This document shows positions 24,959-32,000 of a stretch of 32,000 nucleotides of DNA, in pieces. The stretch covers positions 450,001 through 482,000 of the forward strand of contig NZ_JBHSTI010000002.1 in assembly GCF_042660085.1 (NCBI RefSeq), given 5' to 3'. Source of the DNA: Longivirga aurantiaca (GTDB lineage: Bacteria > Actinomycetota > Actinomycetes > S36-B12 > CAIYMF01). The notes beneath the pieces are model-generated. The model did no database searches. It was given only the letters and a program-made list of their open reading frames with translations, and was not told the DNA's origin. A program made the translations under genes and the position numbers. Position 1 is the first letter of the stretch. Each line of letters opens with the position of its first letter.

Positions 24959-25684
24959 CTAGCGGTTGGCGATCGACAGGAAGCGCAGCAGCTCCATGTA
25001 GAGCCAGACGATCGAGGACGCCAGCGACATGCCGAGCGACCACGACCAGTTGCGCGGCGCACCGCCCTGGATGGCCTGGTCGGCACGGCCGATGTCGATG
25101 AGCAGGGACCACGCGGCGAGCGCCACGCCGAGGGCGCAGAGCACGAGGCCGATCCCGCTCACGCCGTAGAAGCCCCAGCCGCCGCCGACGCCGAAGAGCA
25201 CGGCGACGATGTTGGCGAGGCCGAGCACGAGGTAGCCGATCGCGAGGCCCGCGAAGAGCTTGTAGGCGCGCGAGGCCTTCTTGCCCCACGAGGTGGAGTA
25301 CACGGCGAGCATGCCGATGACGCCGGCGAAGGTGCCGATGATCGCCTGGGTGATGAGCGCGACGTTGCCGCCCTGGCCCACGGCCATGTGCGAGAAGGCG
25401 CCCATCATGAGGCCGAGCGCGGCGCTGTAGACCAGCGCCAGCGGCGCGCTGACCGGCGAGCGGCGCGCGACGTAGATGCCGAAGAACATCAGGCCGATGA
25501 TCAGGGCGAGGTACAGCGCGAAGCTGCCGGACAGGTAGATCCAGCCCGGGACGGCGGCGACCACGGCGATACCGAGGCAGGCGGCGGTCGTGACGAGGAC
25601 GTCGGGGAGGGCGAGGCGCTCCTCGGCCTGCGGGGTGGTGTCCTGCAGCGCCTTCTGGACCTCGGCGAGCATCTGGTTGGCCAC
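24959..25684 (-). CDS. Bax inhibitor-1/YccA-family membrane protein
   Basis: 241 aa with seven hydrophobic helices and a family-typical C-terminus ...VWLYMELLRFLSIANR. GGAG lies 5 nt upstream of GTG 25684. Confidence 0.85.
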   Translation of the reverse strand: MANQMLAEVQKALQDTTPQAEERLALPDVLVTTAACLGIAVVAAVPGWIYLSGSFALYLALIIGLMFFGIYVARRSPVSAPLALVYSAALGLMMGAFSHMAVGQGGNVALITQAIIGTFAGVIGMLAVYSTSWGKKASRAYKLFAGLAIGYLVLGLANIVAVLFGVGGGWGFYGVSGIGLVLCALGVALAAWSLLIDIGRADQAIQGGAPRNWSWSLGMSLASSIVWLYMELLRFLSIANR

Positions 25685-25909
25685 GTCAACTCCATCTGTG
25701 GGGGCCGGTGCAGCCGGGGTCGTGCACCCCGTCTGGGTCAGATCGTAGCCGCTCAGGCCTCAAAGGAAGAAGTCGAGATCGGGTGTTCGGACCCCACGGG
25801 AGGGAGATTCCGCTCAGAGCCGACCGCCGCTTCCGCTCAGGTGCGGGGAGCGCCGACCGATCGGGAAGCCGACCAGCACGACTCTGCCGCCTGCTCACGT
25901 ACCCCGGGC

Positions 25910-26209
25910 GTGGACCTTGCATCATCGACTTCCTGCGTCGCTGCCCCCATCCGCTCGCGGCTCATCGCGCTCGGCACGCTCGCCGAGGTCGCCTCGTCCG
26001 TCGCGTCAGCCGACGTCGCCGCCGCCGCGGTCGAGGAGCAGACGCGGAGCGCCACGCGCGAGCGCGCGGTCCTGGCCTCGACCCTCGAGGGCCTTGTCGG
26101 CGGCCTGCGCCACCGACCACGGCAGCGGCTCCCGGCGCGTCTGCGCGCCGGGAACCGCTGCTGCGGGCCGACGGTCGTACGGTCGGGGGAGCCACCAGCC
26201 CGACCGTGA
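25910..26209 (+). CDS. Possible small hypothetical protein (weak call)
   Basis: In the + frame shared with track ORF 24536..26209, 73 of 82 hand-counted codons from 25961 to the stop end in G or C. The peptide (...LIALGTLAEVASSVASADVAAAAVEEQTRS...) is more protein-like than the antisense frame. The TGA sits inside the GAGGA RBS of the next gene. The start (GTG 25910 or 25841) is unsupported. Confidence 0.3.
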   Translation: MDLASSTSCVAAPIRSRLIALGTLAEVASSVASADVAAAAVEEQTRSATRERAVLASTLEGLVGGLRHRPRQRLPARLRAGNRCCGPTVVRSGEPPARP

Positions 26210-26218
26210 GGACGCGCC

Positions 26219-27913
26219 GTGACCCACCACGCAGACCTCGTCCTGCGCGCTGCACGCGTGCTGACCATGGACGAGCGCAACACTCCCGGCACAGCCGTGG
26301 CGGTGACGGACGGCGTGATCTCCGCGGTCGGCGGTGACGCCGATGTGGCGCCGCTGATCGGGCCCCGGACCCGCGTCCTCGACCTCCCTGGCGCGACGGT
26401 CCTCCCCGGCATCAACGACGCGCACTGCCATGCCCTCGCGTTCGGGCTCGACCGGCCGCCCTTCAACCTCGATCTGTCGTACCCCACCGTTCGGTCGATC
26501 GCCGACGTCGCCGAGGCCGTCCGCGAGGCGGCCCGGTCCCGTCTGCCGGGCGAGTGGATCGTGGGCAGCGGCTGGGACCCGGGTTTCCTCGCCGAGTGCG
26601 TGGCCGAGCCGGGCCGGCTGCCGAGCAGGCACGATCTCGACAGGGTCAGCCCGCAGAACCCCGTGTACCTGCAGGACTTCTCGTACCACACGGCGTGGGT
26701 CAACAGCCGCGCGCTCGGGCTCGCCGGCTACGGCCCCTCGACCGTCGCGCCCACGGGCGCCACGATCGCGCGGGACCCCGACGGGTCGCCGAGCGGCTAC
26801 CTGACCGAGGGCGCCCGCTACGCGATCCGCGACCTGCTGCCGACGCCGACCCACCAGATGAGACGCGACGCGGTGCGTTCGGCGGTCGCGACCATGAACG
26901 CGCTGGGGATCACGAGCCTGACCGAGCCGGGCATCGGGCCGGGCGACGCCGGTGGCGGCATGGCCGAGGGCGGGCTGGAGGTGTATCGCGACCTCGAGGC
27001 GGACGGCCAGCTCGATGCGCGCGTCACCGTGCTGATCCTCGCGGTGAAGATGTCGCGCTCCGTCGAGGAGTTCACCGAGAACCTGAGCACCCTCCAGCTC
27101 CCGGCGTACCGCGATCCGCGGATGGTGAACGTCGTCGGCGTGAAGGTGATGGCCGACGGGATCCCGCCCAACCGGACGTCGTGGATGCACGAGCCCTTCG
27201 TGGGCGGCGGATGCGGAGGGCTCACCGTCGGCGGCGAGTCGGACGAGGAGCGCGAGGAGACGCTGCGCGCGATGATCGTGCACGCCCACTCGCTCGGTTA
27301 CCAGCTGGGCGTGCACATCACCGGCGACCGCGGGATCGACGCCGTGGTGGACGCGTTCGCCGAGGCGGCCCGCCGCCACCCGCGGCCGGACCCTCGCCAC
27401 TACGTCATCCACGGCGACTTCATGACGCCGCACAGCCTGCGGGTGAGCCGCGAGCACGGGTTCGGCGTCAACATGAATCCCACCATCAAGTGGACGATCG
27501 CCGACCTCGAGGAAGAGTTCGTCGGGCCCGAGCGCGCGGCGTACGAGTTCCCCTACCGGACCGCGCTCGATGCCGGCGTCACCGTCACCAGCGGCTCCGA
27601 CGCTCCGGTGACGTTCCCCGACTGGCGGCAGGGCGTCTCGACCATGGTCCTGCGCGAGTCCAAGGCCAGCGGTCGGGTCAGCGGCCCTGACGAGCGCATC
27701 GGCGTCCTCGAGGCTCTGCGCACGTACACCGCAGCTCCGGCCTGGCAGGACTTCGCGGAGAGCTGGAAGGGGTCGCTCGAGGTGGGCAAGGTCGCCGACA
27801 TCTGCGTGGTCGCCGGCGACCTGCTCACGATGGACCCGCACGACATCCCGACGGTGCCCGTCCTGCTGACCCTGCTGGGCGGGCGCGCCGTGCACGACGC
27901 CACCGCCGGCTGA
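26219..27913 (+). CDS. Amidohydrolase-family metal-dependent hydrolase (YtcJ-like)
   Basis: 564 aa with GAGGA RBS. ADLVLRAARVLTMD...VLPGINDAHCHA (HxH metal site)...GVHITGDRGID...HYVIHGDF...VTVTSGSDAPV. Confidence 0.88.
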   Translation: MTHHADLVLRAARVLTMDERNTPGTAVAVTDGVISAVGGDADVAPLIGPRTRVLDLPGATVLPGINDAHCHALAFGLDRPPFNLDLSYPTVRSIADVAEAVREAARSRLPGEWIVGSGWDPGFLAECVAEPGRLPSRHDLDRVSPQNPVYLQDFSYHTAWVNSRALGLAGYGPSTVAPTGATIARDPDGSPSGYLTEGARYAIRDLLPTPTHQMRRDAVRSAVATMNALGITSLTEPGIGPGDAGGGMAEGGLEVYRDLEADGQLDARVTVLILAVKMSRSVEEFTENLSTLQLPAYRDPRMVNVVGVKVMADGIPPNRTSWMHEPFVGGGCGGLTVGGESDEEREETLRAMIVHAHSLGYQLGVHITGDRGIDAVVDAFAEAARRHPRPDPRHYVIHGDFMTPHSLRVSREHGFGVNMNPTIKWTIADLEEEFVGPERAAYEFPYRTALDAGVTVTSGSDAPVTFPDWRQGVSTMVLRESKASGRVSGPDERIGVLEALRTYTAAPAWQDFAESWKGSLEVGKVADICVVAGDLLTMDPHDIPTVPVLLTLLGGRAVHDATAG

Positions 27914-27937
27914 GTTCGCTCCCTCACTGCACGAGAA

Positions 27938-27961
27938 CCCCGCACCGTCGTCGGTGCGGGG
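27938..27961. terminator. Bidirectional hairpin
   Basis: CCCCGCACCG-tcgt-CGGTGCGGGG, a 10-bp perfect stem between the convergent amidohydrolase and DUF4287 genes. Confidence 0.65.
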
Positions 27962-27984
27962 CTCTCGTCGTGTCGGGGCTGCTC

Positions 27985-28212
27985 TCAGCCGAGCTTGCGG
28001 TGCGCCCGGACCATGTCGGCCTCGTGGACGATCGCCGTCGCGAAGCCGTGGGACAGGCCGTGCTCGTCGCGGAGCCAGTTGACCTTCTCCTCGAACCGGG
28101 AGAACGCAGGCCCGTCCTCGAGCGAGCGCATCCAGTCCTTGACGTCACGGCCGGTCGCGGAGGGGAGGCGCTGGACGAGCTGCTGGTGGGTCTCCTCGGA
28201 GTGACGGATCAT
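27985..28212 (-). CDS. DUF4287-family small protein
   Basis: 75 aa with GAAGGAGA RBS: ...THQQLVQRLPSATGRDVKDWMRSLEDGP...KVNWLRDEHGLSHGFATAIVHE... Confidence 0.8.
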   Translation of the reverse strand: MIRHSEETHQQLVQRLPSATGRDVKDWMRSLEDGPAFSRFEEKVNWLRDEHGLSHGFATAIVHEADMVRAHRKLG

Positions 28213-28330
28213 GGCGCGTCTCCTTCGCCTCAGGGCTTCGTCTGGGCTTCACCGTAGACCTGGTCACCACCTCCGACGCAAGACTTCCGCGCGATTGGGG
28301 GCGTGGTCCGGGCCACGCCTGGGCCCGGCC

Positions 28331-28336
28331 TAGGCT
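28331..28336 (+). promoter_or_regulatory. -10-like TAGGCT 6 nt before GTG 28343 (candidate leaderless promoter)
   Basis: TAGGCT-cgacgc-GTG. Confidence 0.35.
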
Positions 28337-28342
28337 CGACGC

Positions 28343-28702
28343 GTGGCGCACCCTGGACCGGGCGGGACCGACCCCGTCGCCGACACCCCTGCGGACCGCT
28401 TCGCCGACCAGCTCGCGCGCACGGTCGACCGGCTGCGCTCGCTCTCCCTCGCCCGGCTCGGGGCTCCGTTCGAGCCCGAGGCGACCCGGGCCGACGCCGC
28501 CCGCGCGACGGCCCAGAGGCTCGCCGACATCGCCGCCGAGCTCGAGGGCGGACCCGCGCGGACGCTGCCCCGGATGGCCGACGCCGCGGTCGGCGACCAG
28601 GTCGCGGTGTGCGGACGGGACGTCCTGGCCGCAGCCTCGGGGGACGCGTCGCTCCTCGCCGGCCTGGCGGACGACCTGCTGGACCTGCGCCGCCGGCTCT
28701 GA
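28343..28702 (+). CDS. Hypothetical protein (Ala/Leu/Asp/Arg-rich, helical)
   Basis: 119 aa with a protein-like composition. The competing frames are Arg/Pro or Ser-rich junk. Start supported by the TANNNT-N6 pattern. Confidence 0.6.
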   Translation: MAHPGPGGTDPVADTPADRFADQLARTVDRLRSLSLARLGAPFEPEATRADAARATAQRLADIAAELEGGPARTLPRMADAAVGDQVAVCGRDVLAAASGDASLLAGLADDLLDLRRRL

Positions 28703-28708
28703 CGCCTG

Positions 28709-29596
28709 TCAGCTGGTCGGGGCCGCCGGCAGGGCGGGGAGGCCGCCGTCCTCCTGGGACAGCAGGCCGACGGCGCGCAGCACCTCGGGCAGCATCGCCT
28801 CGGCGCAGGCCTGGTAGCCGAGGGCCGAGGGGTGGAACCGGTCGGCGGAGAAGTAGATCTCGGGGGCGTGGTCGAACAGCGTCCCGAGCAGCTCGCCGAG
28901 CGGCACCGGGCGTCCGCCCTCCTGCCGGACCACGATCTTCTGGGCGGCGGCGAGCTCGCGGCTCGTGCGCCGCGCGTACCGCCGCAGGAGCGCGCCGAGG
29001 GGCCGGACGGTCCCGAGGTCGGGGCAGGTGCCCACGACGACCTCGGTGCCTGCCTCGCGCAGGCGCCGGACGGCGTCGGCCAGCAGCCGCGCAGAGCGCT
29101 GCGGCCGCACCGAGTGCGTGACGTCGTTCGCGCCGATCATGATCACCGCGACGTGCGGGCGCACCGCGAGGACACGGTCGACCTGGGCGGCGAGGTCGGC
29201 GCTGCGGGCGCCGACGACCGCGACGTTCGTGAGCAGCACGGCCCGCCCCGAGGCGGCGGCGAGATCGCTGGCGAGGGCGCCGCCGGGCGTGGTCGCGGCG
29301 TCGTCGGCACCGAGGCCGGCCGCCCCCGAGTCGCCGAGGACGGCGAAGCGCAGCGAGGTGCCGCGGGCGACCTCCTCGCCGGGCGGCAGGTAGCGGCCGT
29401 CGGCGTACGGCGGGACGGTGGTGCGGGGGCCGATCTCCCTCCGGGCCCGCCGCGCCTGCAGCACGAGCGCACCGATGCCCGCTCCGGCGAGGGCCGTGCC
29501 GACCCCGAGGAGCCCGCCGCCGCCCTTCGCCGCGGCGACCGCGATCCGCCGCACCCGCTCATCGCGGATCGGCAGGGAGGGGACGCCACGGGCCAT
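28709..29596 (-). CDS. SGNH/GDSL-family hydrolase with N-terminal membrane anchor
   Basis: ATG 29596 (MARGVPSLP...). TM helix LLGVGTALAGAGIGALVL. Block I FAVLGDSGAAG, block III IMIGANDV, block V DRFHPS. Only the last 295 codons of the 1086-aa track ORF are used. Confidence 0.82.
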   Translation of the reverse strand: MARGVPSLPIRDERVRRIAVAAAKGGGGLLGVGTALAGAGIGALVLQARRARREIGPRTTVPPYADGRYLPPGEEVARGTSLRFAVLGDSGAAGLGADDAATTPGGALASDLAAASGRAVLLTNVAVVGARSADLAAQVDRVLAVRPHVAVIMIGANDVTHSVRPQRSARLLADAVRRLREAGTEVVVGTCPDLGTVRPLGALLRRYARRTSRELAAAQKIVVRQEGGRPVPLGELLGTLFDHAPEIYFSADRFHPSALGYQACAEAMLPEVLRAVGLLSQEDGGLPALPAAPTS

Positions 29597-29650
29597 GCAC
29601 CCATGATCGCCCACGGGTCCGACAGGTGGGACCACGTATCGCGTCACAGT

Positions 29651-29656
29651 TAGGGT
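29651..29656 (+). promoter_or_regulatory. -10-like TAGGGT 6 nt before the ATG of cystathionine beta-synthase (candidate leaderless promoter)
   Basis: TAGGGT-cggccc-ATG with no RBS. Confidence 0.4.
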
Positions 29657-29662
29657 CGGCCC

Positions 29663-31036
29663 ATGCAGTACTCCGACAGCGTCGTCGACCTCATCGGCAA
29701 CACGCCCCTCGTGCGGCTCCGCTCCGTCACCGCCCACCTCGGCCCGGACGCGCCCCTGGTGCTGGCCAAGGTGGAGTACCTCAACCCCGGCGGCTCGGTG
29801 AAGGACCGCATCGCGACCCGGATGATCGAGGCCGCCGAGCAGAGCGGCGAGCTCCGCCCCGGCGGGACGATCGTGGAGCCCACCAGCGGCAACACCGGCG
29901 TCGGGCTCGCGCTGGTGGCGCAGACCAAGGGCTACCGGTGCGTGTTCGTGTGCCCCGACAAGGTGAGCCAGGACAAGCAGAACGTGCTCAAGGCGTACGG
30001 CGCGGAGGTCGTCGTCTGCCCGACCGCGGTCGACCCGGAGGACCCGCGCTCCTACTACTCGGTGTCCGACCGGCTCGTGCGCGAGATCCCCGGCGCCTGG
30101 AAGCCCGACCAGTACTCCAACCCGAACAACCCGCGCTCGCACTACGAGACGACCGGCCCCGAGCTCTGGGCGCAGACCGACGGCCGCATCACGCACTTCG
30201 TCGCGGGCGTCGGCACCGGGGGCACCATCAGCGGCACGGGCCGCTACCTCAAGGAGGTCAGCGGGGGCACGGTGAAGGTGATCGGCGCCGACCCCGTCGG
30301 CTCGGTCTACTCCGGCGGCACCGGGCGCCCCTACCTCGTCGAGGGCGTGGGCGAGGACTTCTGGCCCACGGCGTACGACCAGGACGTCTGCGACGAGATC
30401 GTGGCGGTGTCCGACCGTGACTCGTTCCTCGTCACGCGCCGCCTCGCCCGCGAGGAGGGCCTGCTCGTGGGCGGCTCCTGCGGCATGGCGGTGCAGGCCG
30501 CGCTCGAGGTGGCCGAGCGGTCGGGCAAGGACGACGTCATCGTCGTGCTGCTGCCCGACGGCGGCCGCGGCTACCTGTCCAAGGTGTTCAACGACGAGTG
30601 GATGGCCGACTACGGCTTCCTGTCGACCTCGACCGACCGCAGCGTCGGCGACGTCCTGCACTCCAAGAGCGCCGAGCTCCCGCAGCTCGTGCACACGCAC
30701 CCGCAGGAGACTGTGCGCGAGGCCATCGACATCCTGCGCCACTACGCCGTGTCGCAGATGCCGGTCGTTCGCGCCGAGCCGCCGGTCAAGGCCGCCGAGG
30801 TCGTCGGCTCCGTCGTCGAGCGCGACCTGCTCGACGCGCTGTTCGCGGGCCGCGCCGAGCTCGCCGACCCCGTCGAGAAGCACATGAGCGCCTCGCTGCC
30901 GATGATCGGCGCCGGCGAGCCCGTCGCCGCGGCCATCGCTGCGCTGGAGTCGGCGGACGCCGCGATCGTGGTCGAGGACGGCCTCCCCGCGGGTGTCGTC
31001 ACGCGCCAGGACCTGCTCGGCTACCTGTCCCGCTGA
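29663..31036 (+). CDS. Cystathionine beta-synthase (PLP domain plus tandem CBS domains)
   Basis: 457 aa. LIGNTPLVRL...NPGGSVKDRIA...EPTSGNTGVGLA...GVGTGGTISG, then two CBS repeats. Equivalent in position to Rv1077 next to a GDSL hydrolase. Confidence 0.9.
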   Translation: MQYSDSVVDLIGNTPLVRLRSVTAHLGPDAPLVLAKVEYLNPGGSVKDRIATRMIEAAEQSGELRPGGTIVEPTSGNTGVGLALVAQTKGYRCVFVCPDKVSQDKQNVLKAYGAEVVVCPTAVDPEDPRSYYSVSDRLVREIPGAWKPDQYSNPNNPRSHYETTGPELWAQTDGRITHFVAGVGTGGTISGTGRYLKEVSGGTVKVIGADPVGSVYSGGTGRPYLVEGVGEDFWPTAYDQDVCDEIVAVSDRDSFLVTRRLAREEGLLVGGSCGMAVQAALEVAERSGKDDVIVVLLPDGGRGYLSKVFNDEWMADYGFLSTSTDRSVGDVLHSKSAELPQLVHTHPQETVREAIDILRHYAVSQMPVVRAEPPVKAAEVVGSVVERDLLDALFAGRAELADPVEKHMSASLPMIGAGEPVAAAIAALESADAAIVVEDGLPAGVVTRQDLLGYLSR

Positions 31037-31258
31037 CCGCGACCGACGGCGGCACCGGCGACGCAGCGTCACCGCCGTCCGGGCGACCTCGTCGCCGCTG
31101 CCGCCCGGCTGCTCCGAACGGGTGGTCGTCACGCTCGTCCGCGCACGGCGGCGGCGGCGCGCGTCCCCCGGTCCGCCCATCAAGACCGCCTCCACCAGGG
31201 TCGACCCTCCCTCATGACACTCGTGGACGGCACGGGTCGTACTGGGCCGGAGGCCTTG

Positions 31259-32000
31259 ATGGCACTCGAGAGCGGGATGCGGCGCGTCCGCATGGTCGGT
31301 GCTGAGCACTGGACCGAGACACCCGAGCGCGAGCTCCCCACGATCGTTGCGGGCGGCGACACCTACGCCGTGCACGAGCGCATCTGCATCGACTCGGCGC
31401 GCGTGCGCCTGGTGCTCGCCGACGGCGAGGACGTCGCCGCGGCGCTGCGCGAGGTGTACGGCGAAGCCGTGCGCGACTTGCGCGTGTTCCGGCTGGTCGA
31501 GGGCGGCGGCGACGTCGTCGAGGGCCTCCCCGAGTGGCGCCTGACCCTGCCATTGTCCGACGACGCGGCGCACGATCCGCTTCCGGGAATGATCTCCCGG
31601 CTCGCCGGGGTCGTCGCGGAGCCGCAGCCGGTCGCGCAGGAGGACGTCGCGGTCGAGCCCGTCCTCGCGGAGGCGGCCCTCCTCGAGCCGCCCGCCGACG
31701 CCGTCCCGGTGCTCGAGCCCGCCGACGCCGTCCCCACGCTGGAGCCGGAGCCCGAGCAGGAGCCGGCGGCGTTCGACCTCCCCGAGGGCCTGGTCATGCC
31801 GGAGCTCGCCGCTCCGGACGCCGTCGCCGAGGAGGCCGCCCCGGTCGACGTGCCCGACGAGCAGGCCGAGCCGGAGCAGCTGGCCGACGCCGAGCTCCTC
31901 GCCGCTGCCGCTGCCGCGGCCGCAGCTGTGGCCGACGAGCCCGCCGCCCAGGACGAGCCCGTTCCGCACGACGACCCGTTCGCGATGCCGGCCGAGACGG
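31259..32000 (+). CDS. Hypothetical protein with acidic Pro/Ala/Glu-rich tail (3' end runs off window)
   Basis: The frame is open from the cbs stop to base 32000 and is absent from the track because it has no stop. GGAGG lies 5 nt before ATG 31259 (MALESGMRRV...); ATG 31214 is an alternative. Third codon positions are almost all G or C. Confidence 0.7.
   Translation, partial: MALESGMRRVRMVGAEHWTETPERELPTIVAGGDTYAVHERICIDSARVRLVLADGEDVAAALREVYGEAVRDLRVFRLVEGGGDVVEGLPEWRLTLPLSDDAAHDPLPGMISRLAGVVAEPQPVAQEDVAVEPVLAEAALLEPPADAVPVLEPADAVPTLEPEPEQEPAAFDLPEGLVMPELAAPDAVAEEAAPVDVPDEQAEPEQLADAELLAAAAAAAAAVADEPAAQDEPVPHDDPFAMPAET

Noticed and set aside
25800-25880. Possible c-di-AMP (ydaO-type) riboswitch because of GCGGGGAGCG / CCGA / GGGAAGCC segments
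   Set aside because: The conserved pseudo-two-fold ydaO core, as I remember it, is not recoverable, and the strand and target gene are ambiguous. The region is kept only as unexplained structure in the findings.
26006-27895. 629-aa minus-strand ORF
   Set aside because: It is antisense to the amidohydrolase gene, which has clear HxH and family motifs. The composition is typical antisense (Arg/Gly/Asp/His-rich).
31037-31258. Possible extra gene in the gap after cbs
   Set aside because: There is no start codon in the open frame before 31214. The other frames are Arg/Pro-rich. The gap is treated as the 5' region of the open-ended ORF.
28709-31969. 1086-aa minus-strand ORF
   Set aside because: Only the C-terminal 295 codons encode the SGNH hydrolase. 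Upstream it is antisense to cystathionine beta-synthase and to the open-ended ORF starting at 31259.

Overview
This is a very GC-rich actinobacterial chromosomal window, mostly conserved core genes. By recollection its blocks are syntenic with Mycobacterium tuberculosis Rv0992c-Rv0996, Rv1023-Rv1026 and Rv1075c-Rv1077. I support about 35 protein genes and 2 tRNAs. Left to right: a 5'-truncated MFS transporter with a cNMP-binding domain; 5-formyl-THF cyclo-ligase; moeA-moaC-moaB-GNAT; a GlpR/SepX-like membrane protein; a secreted His/Gly-rich protein; tRNA-Ala(CGC); a membrane protein; an alpha/beta hydrolase. Next comes a minus-strand operon (thioredoxin lipoprotein, CcdA, polytopic Moco oxidoreductase) divergent from an OmpR-type response regulator and histidine kinase. 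Then an MpaB-family oxygenase; eno-ftsB-DUF501-ppx with a GNAT-Nudix fusion; glutathione peroxidase; ndh; an ACT-domain protein; def; an odd class-I tRNA with a UAA anticodon followed by 417 bp of structured non-coding DNA; a thiolase; a membrane-anchored MazF/PemK-like protein; a BI-1/YccA protein; an amidohydrolase; DUF4287; a hypothetical; an SGNH hydrolase; cystathionine beta-synthase; and a 3'-truncated acidic Pro-rich protein. I saw no CRISPR array, transposase, integrase or recognisable defence island. The most interesting candidates are: (1) the two-component system plus Trx-CcdA-molybdoenzyme module, a possible envelope redox or repair system; (2) the class-I tRNA(UAA) and its unexplained flank; (3) the gephyrin-like MoeA/GlpR division locus with moaC-moaB inserted; (4) the solitary membrane-tethered MazF-like protein. 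Eight genes carry a TANNNT hexamer 6-7 nt before the start codon, which suggests leaderless transcription. Everything was read by eye from the sequence and the ORF track; no searches were run.
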